The notes beneath the pieces were generated by a model. That model was given only the letters and a program-made list of their open reading frames with translations. It had not been told where the DNA came from and ran no database searches. The position numbers were made by a program, and so were the translations under genes. DNA of 64,000 bases, from assembly GCA_022839105.1 (NCBI GenBank), contig JALHDH010000022.1, positions 1,405 to 65,404 of the forward strand, written 5' to 3'. The DNA is from a bacterium. Lineage in GTDB: Bacteria; Vulcanimicrobiota; Xenobia; Xenobiales; Xenobiaceae. This document shows, in pieces, positions 57,468-64,000 of this stretch (its first letter is position 1; the number at the start of each line of letters is the position of its first letter).

Positions 57468-58724
57468 ATGACAAGCAACAACCGCAAGGTCGTCCTGGCC
57501 TACAGCGGGGGACTTGACACCTCGTGCATCCTGAAGTGGCTTCTGGAGCGGGGCCACGAGGTGGTGGCCTACATCGGCAACGTCGGGCAGGACGAGGACT
57601 TCGGGGAGGCGCGCCGCAAGGCCCTGGCTATCGGCGCCAGCAAGGTCCTGGTCCAGGATCTGCGCCGCGAGTTCGTCACCGACTTCATCTTCCCGGCCAT
57701 CCAGGCCAACGCCATCTACGAGAGCCGCTACCTGCTGGGCACCTCGCTGGCCCGGCCCTGCATCGCCCGGGGCCTGGTTCAGGCCGCCTGCCAGGAGGGC
57801 TGCGGTTGGATCTCCCACGGAGCCACCGGCAAGGGAAACGACCAGGTCCGCTTCGAGTTGACCGTGTATGCCCTGGCCCCGGACCTGCAAATCCTGGCTC
57901 CCTGGCGCGACCCTGAGTTCCTGGCCCGGTTCAAGGGCCGAACGGACCTGATGGAATACGCCCGGGAGAAGGACATTCCCATCACCGCAACCCTGGCGAA
58001 GCCCTACAGCATGGACGACAACCTGCTGCACATCAGCTACGAGTCCGGCATCCTGGAGGATCCTCGCATCGCGCCCACCGAGGATATCTTCCGCTGGACG
58101 CGATCGCTGACGACCTGCGAACCAGAGCCCGAACAGATCGAGATCCACTTCCGGGAAGGCGTGCCGACCCGGTTGGTCAACCTGACCCGTGAGCAATCCT
58201 GGGAGGACCCCTTGGATCTGTTTCTGGCCCTCAACGAGATGGGCAGCCGGCACGGGATCGGCCGCATCGACATCGTGGAGAACCGTTTCATCGGCATCAA
58301 GTCACGCGGGGTGTACGAGACCCCCGGCGGCACCATCCTGCGGGAGGCCCACCTGGACATCGAGGGGATCGCCATGGACCGCGAGGTGCTGCGCCTGCGC
58401 GACATGCTGAGTCCCAAGTACGCCGAGCTGATCTACAACGGCTTCTGGTTCAGTCCGGAGATGGACTTCCTGCACGCCGCGATGTTGAAGAGCCAGGAGG
58501 CCATCGACGGCGTGGTGGCCATGACGCTCTTCCGCGGGCGGGCCATGGTGACCGGCCGCGAGTCCCCGTCCTCCCTGTACGACCGGGACCTGGTCAGCAT
58601 GGACATCGAGGGCGGCTTCAATCCGCTGGACTCGGAGGGGTTCATCCGGATCAACGCCATCCGCCTGAAGGCCCACCACGCCATCATGGCCCATCGCCGC
58701 ACTCGTCCCCGTCCGCTTGCTTGA
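57468..58724 (+). CDS. argG: Argininosuccinate synthase
   Basis: [33 protein letters not shown]. Confidence 0.98.
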   Translation: MTSNNRKVVLAYSGGLDTSCILKWLLERGHEVVAYIGNVGQDEDFGEARRKALAIGASKVLVQDLRREFVTDFIFPAIQANAIYESRYLLGTSLARPCIARGLVQAACQEGCGWISHGATGKGNDQVRFELTVYALAPDLQILAPWRDPEFLARFKGRTDLMEYAREKDIPITATLAKPYSMDDNLLHISYESGILEDPRIAPTEDIFRWTRSLTTCEPEPEQIEIHFREGVPTRLVNLTREQSWEDPLDLFLALNEMGSRHGIGRIDIVENRFIGIKSRGVYETPGGTILREAHLDIEGIAMDREVLRLRDMLSPKYAELIYNGFWFSPEMDFLHAAMLKSQEAIDGVVAMTLFRGRAMVTGRESPSSLYDRDLVSMDIEGGFNPLDSEGFIRINAIRLKAHHAIMAHRRTRPRPLA

Positions 58725-58825
58725 GGAGCGCGGCGGGGCCGAGCGCTGTCGGGGCGGTCGAGAGCGTCTGGCGTCGAGTCACCGCAGACCGACGCACCAC
58801 CCGGCGGCCCGGCTGCAGGTGCAGG

Positions 58826-60196
58826 CTACCCCAGGGCCGCCTCCAGGGCTGCCGCCTGGGCCTCGACCTCCGTCCATGCCGTGCCCCCCGCCGAGCGACG
58901 GCGTTCCACGGCCGCCACGGGATCCAGGACCGTCAATGATTCCGGGCCGAAGGCTGGATGGTGCTGTTGCAGGATTTCGGGCGTCAGCAGCCGGAAGTCG
59001 CCCCCCCTGGCCTCACACCAGGCCACCAGCCGGCCAGCGGCGTGGTGGGCTTCGCGGAACGGCACGCCCTGCTCCACCAGGTGGTCGGCCAGTTCGGTGG
59101 CCAACAGGAAATCGCCCTCCAAAGCCTGGGCGTATCGCTCGCGGCGCACCTCCAGGGATTCCCACATTCCCGCCGTGACCCGGACGCAAGCCAGGGTGGT
59201 CGTCAGGGCATCGAAAAGCGCGTGGCGATCCTCCTGCAGGTCCCGGTTGTAGGCCAGGGGCAGGCCCTTGGTCATCACCATCAGGGCTTGCAGGTTCCCC
59301 AGCACCCGTCCGGTCTTCCCCCGCACCAACTCGGCCGCATCCGGGTTGCGCTTCTGGGGCATGATCGAGGACCCGGTGGACCAGGCTTCGCCCAGGCGCG
59401 CGAAGGCGAACTCGGCGCTGGACCACAAGACCAGTTCCTCGGCCATGCGCGACAGGTGGACCATCAGGATCGCGCAGGCCGAGACCGCCTCCATCTCGTG
59501 GTCCCGGCTGCTGACGGCGTCCATGGCGTTGGGCACGATGCCCCTGAACCCCAGGATCTCGGCCGTGCGCGTCCTGTCGATGGGGTGCGGGGTGCCGGCC
59601 ATGGCACCCGCGCCCAAAGGGCACAGGTCGGCGCGGGTCCGGGCGTCGCGCACGCGGTCCCGATCCCTCAGCAGGTGCCAGGCGTGAGCCAACAGGTGGT
59701 GGCCCAGCCAGATCGGCTGCCCCCTCTGCAGATGGGTGAAGCCCGGCAGCAGGGTGCGTCCGTCGTTCTTGACCCGTTGCAGCAGCACCTTGATCAGCCG
59801 TTCCAGGGCCTCGTCCAGTGCCGTCAGGCGGCGCTTCAACCACAGGCGGACATCGGTGGCCACCTGGTCGTTGCGGGATCGCGCCGTGTGCAGGCGGCCG
59901 CCGGCCTCACCCACCAATTCGATCAGGCGGGCCTCCACGGCCATGTGGATGTCCTCGCGCTCGACCCCTGGGCGGTAGGTCTGGTCGGCCAGTTCTTCGC
60001 GCACCCGGACCAGGCCCTGGCGCAGGACCTCCACCTCGGCGGCGGGGACCAGGCCCGCCTCGCCCAGCATCGTGACGTGGGCCAGCGATGCCTCGATATC
60101 CTCGTCCACCATCTCCAGGTCCACGCTCAGGGACTCAGAGAAAGCCTGCATCTCTTCGGCAGGGCCGCCCTCGAAGCGGCCTCCCCACAAGGGCAT
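58826..60196 (-). CDS. argH: Argininosuccinate lyase
   Basis: LWGGRF, ARSRNDQV, TGSSIMPQKRNPD, YNRDLQED. Confidence 0.98.
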   Translation of the reverse strand: MPLWGGRFEGGPAEEMQAFSESLSVDLEMVDEDIEASLAHVTMLGEAGLVPAAEVEVLRQGLVRVREELADQTYRPGVEREDIHMAVEARLIELVGEAGGRLHTARSRNDQVATDVRLWLKRRLTALDEALERLIKVLLQRVKNDGRTLLPGFTHLQRGQPIWLGHHLLAHAWHLLRDRDRVRDARTRADLCPLGAGAMAGTPHPIDRTRTAEILGFRGIVPNAMDAVSSRDHEMEAVSACAILMVHLSRMAEELVLWSSAEFAFARLGEAWSTGSSIMPQKRNPDAAELVRGKTGRVLGNLQALMVMTKGLPLAYNRDLQEDRHALFDALTTTLACVRVTAGMWESLEVRRERYAQALEGDFLLATELADHLVEQGVPFREAHHAAGRLVAWCEARGGDFRLLTPEILQQHHPAFGPESLTVLDPVAAVERRRSAGGTAWTEVEAQAAALEAALG

Positions 60197-60265
60197 GGTG
60201 CGTCCACCTCACAAATCATCCGGAGTCGACTCGAAATTGTGATTCCTTCGGCCCGGCGCCGCTCT

Positions 60266-62650
60266 TCAATGGCAGCGGACCTTCACCCGCAAGGCGCGCA
60301 GGCCCTGGACGCCCTGCAGGTCGCGGAGTTCGTGGTCCTCCAAATCGCCTTCCAGTTCGCCCGAGTCGAGCAGCGTCTGCAGGTAGTTCCGAGACTCGGT
60401 GGCCTCGCGGGGGTGGGAATAGACCAGGGCCAGGTGGCCGGGCTGGGTCAGCCTCTCGCCCGTCGAGCGGAGCTCGGCCTTGTCCAGCCGCTTCTTGACG
60501 ATCTCGTAGCGCGCGTTGTAGGCGCCGTCCACGTCGAAGCGCCGATCGTCCATCATGAACCGGATGGCCAGCGGGCTCTGTTGAACCAGGATCAGGTGGG
60601 CCGTGCCCAGCGGGAGGGGCAGGTCCTCCCGCAGGGCTTCGGTCTCGCGGGCGATCCGGACCATGGCCTGCAACTGCCAGATTCGCAGGCTGCGCAGGTG
60701 GACCTCCTGGAAACCCTTCCTCTGGCTCAGGCTGGCTCCCACGTAGATCATGTGGTCGACCCCGTCGGTCTTGTGCATCTCGAAGTAATGGGGAAAGATC
60801 CGCTGGGCCCGCACCTGCTCTTCCAGGAGGATGCCTCCGATCAGCTCCCGGATCCGCGAGACGCTCTCTTCGAAGTCCCGTCGACGACGGTAGACGCAGC
60901 CCACCTCCGGGTCCAGGGCCTCGCGATAGCGCCGCGCCGCCAGGGCGGCGGCCGGGTCGGTGAAGTCCGGGAAGAGGGCCTCCACCTCCGCGTTGAGGAA
61001 TTCCAGCAGGGTTGTCTCCTGCCCGGAACAGAGCCCGGCTCGCCTGGTCTCCTCCCGAGCCCGACCCACGACGTGGATCAGGTGCCCGAGGTAGGGCAGG
61101 GGATCGGAGCCGTGGCAGGCCTCCAGGAAAGATTCCGCCAGTGCCAACTGCTCGTCCAGGTCCTGCTGGATCGATTGCAGGCGGATTTCGGAGGAGCTGC
61201 GGATATCGGAGACTCCGTACAGGGGATGGACCTGGGTGAAGACGATGGGCTCGATCTCGCCATGATCGGTCTGCCCCCGCAGCCACTTCAGGGCCGCCTC
61301 CTCGAAGCGCCACTCCACGGCCGGATGGATGGCGGTGAAGTGCTCCTGGATGATCGAGCGGACCCGTTCGCGCAGCACCTCGGCCCGGTTCCAGAGGGCC
61401 AGCGCGAAGAGGGGGATGGCCTCGCGCAGCACCATGGCCTCCAGGGAACTGAAAGCCTCCTTGTGATCGGAGGCGATCACGACATAGCCCACGGTCTCGC
61501 CGGCATAGACCAGGGGGGCGATGGCCGCCCGGCACAGTCCCCGCTGGCGCAGGGCCTCGGAGAATCCCGAAGATTCGGAGTCCAGACAGCAGAAGGTCAG
61601 GGCGCTGCCGTCGCGTCGAGACCCCTGCTCCACGGCCCGCCGGAAATCATCGGCGGCCAGGCAGGCAGAGCCTTCCTCCCATGGGCGCTCGGAGACCTTG
61701 CCCGGATGCAGGAACCAGGCGCTCTCACCTTGTTCCACCGCCACCAGGACGCGGACCTCGGGGCGACGCAACAGGATGCGCACGCATTCTTCGATGCGGC
61801 GAAAGCAGGGCTCGTCCTCCAGGGCATCCCGCTCCATCAGCAGTTGCTTGAGTTGTGAGAGGGCCATCTCGGCGGTGACCTCGTTGGCCTCATAGATCAC
61901 CAGTCCCGAGATCTCGAAGCGGTCGGAGGGCAGCAGGCGGCTCCAGGCCTGCAGATCGGTGATGTCCTCGCGCAGCAGGGCCTGCAGTCCAGGGTCCAGG
62001 TCGGGTAGGGGCCCCGCCGGGCGCACCTGGCAGAATTCCAGGTTCAGGCGGATCTGGAAGAAGGAGTCCAGGCCGGTCTGGGGGTCGCGCACAGCCAGAT
62101 GCTGGGCGTTGCGGTAGGGGATCTCCAGGTGGTAGGCCTCGTTCAGGGCCACCAGATAGACGAAGACCGAGCGGATCTGCTCGGCAGAAAGGGTGGCTCC
62201 ACCCGAGACCGGGCGCCCACGCAGGTGGCCTTCGCCGTCCAGGAAGAGCGAGCGGAAGCGCGGCGTGGCCCGCAGGCAGACCTCGCTGAAGGGCGCTGAG
62301 ACGGCCGCGCAGGTGAGCCGCTCGACGGCTGGCGGCAACACGCCGGCCAGCAAGGCCGCCACCAGCGACCCATGCCGTTCCAGGAGCGCCGGGTCCCGAA
62401 GGTCACCCCGCAACTCGGGGGCCTCGGCCACGCGGGCAAGCAGGGCTCGAGCCGTCTCGGCCAGGCCCAGGCGGTCTTCGCGGGCCTCGCGGGTCCACCA
62501 CTCCAGGAGAGGCTCGAAGCTCAGATGGCAGGGGAAGGGCGGGCGCCACCAGGCCTCTCCCGGCCGAGCCGTCCCGGCAAAAAGTCGGATGGCAGGGATC
62601 GCGTCGGCCCCGACGGATTCCGCCGCCTCGAGGGGCAGGGGCTCGCTCAT
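60266..62650 (-). CDS. Large GAF-like domain protein of unknown function (794 aa)
   Basis: Central GAF-like AAIAPLVYAGETVGYV segment; conserved-looking C-terminal FTAIHPAVEWRF, KTDGVDH, FDVDGAYNARYE. Confidence 0.8.
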   Translation of the reverse strand: MSEPLPLEAAESVGADAIPAIRLFAGTARPGEAWWRPPFPCHLSFEPLLEWWTREAREDRLGLAETARALLARVAEAPELRGDLRDPALLERHGSLVAALLAGVLPPAVERLTCAAVSAPFSEVCLRATPRFRSLFLDGEGHLRGRPVSGGATLSAEQIRSVFVYLVALNEAYHLEIPYRNAQHLAVRDPQTGLDSFFQIRLNLEFCQVRPAGPLPDLDPGLQALLREDITDLQAWSRLLPSDRFEISGLVIYEANEVTAEMALSQLKQLLMERDALEDEPCFRRIEECVRILLRRPEVRVLVAVEQGESAWFLHPGKVSERPWEEGSACLAADDFRRAVEQGSRRDGSALTFCCLDSESSGFSEALRQRGLCRAAIAPLVYAGETVGYVVIASDHKEAFSSLEAMVLREAIPLFALALWNRAEVLRERVRSIIQEHFTAIHPAVEWRFEEAALKWLRGQTDHGEIEPIVFTQVHPLYGVSDIRSSSEIRLQSIQQDLDEQLALAESFLEACHGSDPLPYLGHLIHVVGRAREETRRAGLCSGQETTLLEFLNAEVEALFPDFTDPAAALAARRYREALDPEVGCVYRRRRDFEESVSRIRELIGGILLEEQVRAQRIFPHYFEMHKTDGVDHMIYVGASLSQRKGFQEVHLRSLRIWQLQAMVRIARETEALREDLPLPLGTAHLILVQQSPLAIRFMMDDRRFDVDGAYNARYEIVKKRLDKAELRSTGERLTQPGHLALVYSHPREATESRNYLQTLLDSGELEGDLEDHELRDLQGVQGLRALRVKVRCH

Positions 62651-62840
62651 GGAACCATGTTTCCCCGGCCCGGGGAGGGCTCCTCTTGCCGGGGGCTCGG
62701 GCGGAGATCGGCGACTCCCGGCGAAGAGTAGGCGCTCGAGTCAAGAACACCCTGGCCCACCGGGCGTCCGCCGGGCATGCAGTGCGGCCCGCGGGCCCTG
62801 AGTCGTCCAGAAGCACACCTGATATTGGAGAGCGAAGAGC

Positions 62841-63584
62841 ATGAAGAAACTGGTCCTGTTGCGGCATGGAGAGAGCACCTGGAACATGGAGAACCGGTTC
62901 ACCGGTTGGACCGATGTCGACCTGAGCGAGAAGGGGGTCCAGGAGGCCACGGCCGCGGGACAGACCCTGAAGGCAGAGGGCTTCGTCTTCGACGAGGCCC
63001 ATACTTCCGTCCTGAAGCGGGCCATCAAGACCCTGTGGCTGACTTTGGAACAGTTGGACCAGATGTGGATCCCCGTCCACAACACCTGGCGCCTGAACGA
63101 ACGCCACTACGGCGCCCTGCAGGGCCTGAACAAGGCCGAGACCGCCGAGCTTCACGGGATGGAGCAGACCCATATCTGGCGGCGCAGCTACGACATCCCG
63201 CCGCCCGCCCTCACGCCGGAGGACCCTCGCCATCCCGGTCAGGATCCCCGTTATGCGGACTTGAGCCCTGCCGAACTGCCGCTGACCGAGTGCCTGAAGG
63301 ATACCGTGGCCCGCTTCCTGCCCTACTGGCACGAGACGGTGGCCCCGGCGGTCCGCAATGGTCGGCGCGTCCTGATCGCGGCCCACGGCAACAGCCTGCG
63401 TGCCCTGATCAAGTATCTGGACAACATCTCGGACCAGGACATCGTGGAGTTGAACGTGCCCACGGGGATCCCCCTGGTGTACGAGCTCGACGACGATCTC
63501 AAGCCGATCCGGAACTACTACCTGGGGGACCAGGAGGCCATCGCCAAGGCCGCCCAGGCGGTCGCCAACCAGTTGAAGAAGTAG
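62841..63584 (+). CDS. gpmA: 2,3-bisphosphoglycerate-dependent phosphoglycerate mutase
   Basis: [26 protein letters not shown]. Confidence 0.98.
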   Translation: MKKLVLLRHGESTWNMENRFTGWTDVDLSEKGVQEATAAGQTLKAEGFVFDEAHTSVLKRAIKTLWLTLEQLDQMWIPVHNTWRLNERHYGALQGLNKAETAELHGMEQTHIWRRSYDIPPPALTPEDPRHPGQDPRYADLSPAELPLTECLKDTVARFLPYWHETVAPAVRNGRRVLIAAHGNSLRALIKYLDNISDQDIVELNVPTGIPLVYELDDDLKPIRNYYLGDQEAIAKAAQAVANQLKK

Positions 63585-64000
63585 GCTTCATCGCTGGCAG
63601 GGGACGTTCCGACCGTTCGGCCGGAGCGTCCCCTGCGGTGCGAGTGGCTCCGAGTCCGCCACGAGGATCCATGCCCCCTGACGGGAACGGATCCCGAGGC
63701 TCTGTCCCCCGCGAAGCGTCGGATTCCGGGGTCGGAGCCCTTTTGCGAGGGTCGGTCGGTTCCGAACTGAAGGCAGGATGGCGCTTCGGGCGGTGGAACC
63801 CTTTGCGCTGCAGGAACTCAGGCGCCCGCCGCGTCGCTCGGACCCGTTGAGGGCTCTCGCCTTTTCTCGAAGCCTTCCGGGGCCCTCCCGCGCTCGCGGG
63901 AGGTTCCGATTCTCGGACCAGCGCGGCCGCCTGTCTCGGGTTCGGCCCGGGGCCTCGAGGAACTTCGGCCGTCTGCCATCCCCCTTTCGGGGCCGGGCCG

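Noticed and set aside
63585-64000. Possible 3' end of a minus-strand gene at the window edge
   Set aside because: The open frames give low-complexity sequence with no recognisable motif; cannot be supported

Overview
GC-rich bacterial chromosomal window with Terrabacteria/Firmicutes-like gene order; the lineage is inferred from synteny only. It runs nusG(3' end)-rplK-rplA, tRNA-Ala, then an accessory-looking cluster: Cys-rich small protein, RRE-radical SAM/SPASM enzyme, LysW-like zinc ribbon, frameshifted TM-GAF-HD-GYP, degenerate DHH protein and LON-N protein. Next come a large orphan protein, hutH, a coiled-coil-PilT fusion, yggS-sepF, and hemW-[CIRCE]-hrcA-grpE-dnaK-dnaJ-prmA-rsmE, with an atypical GrpE and DnaK. 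These are followed by tRNA-Val/Asp/Phe, thpR-recA-recX-rny and sugar ABC genes. A minor-pilin locus carries a membrane PAS-LuxR regulator and a remnant of a paralogous pilX. The rest holds tex, an SLT, merC-like, ygeY-like and VWA genes, an ArgR-controlled arg cluster (argC-argA-argJ-argB-argD / argR-argG / argH), a large GAF protein and gpmA. No CRISPR array, integrase, transposase or rRNA was seen. The best candidates for an undescribed system are the radical SAM cluster (2261-7514) and the pilin/regulator locus (38402-44336). All calls come from reading motifs; no database search was run.
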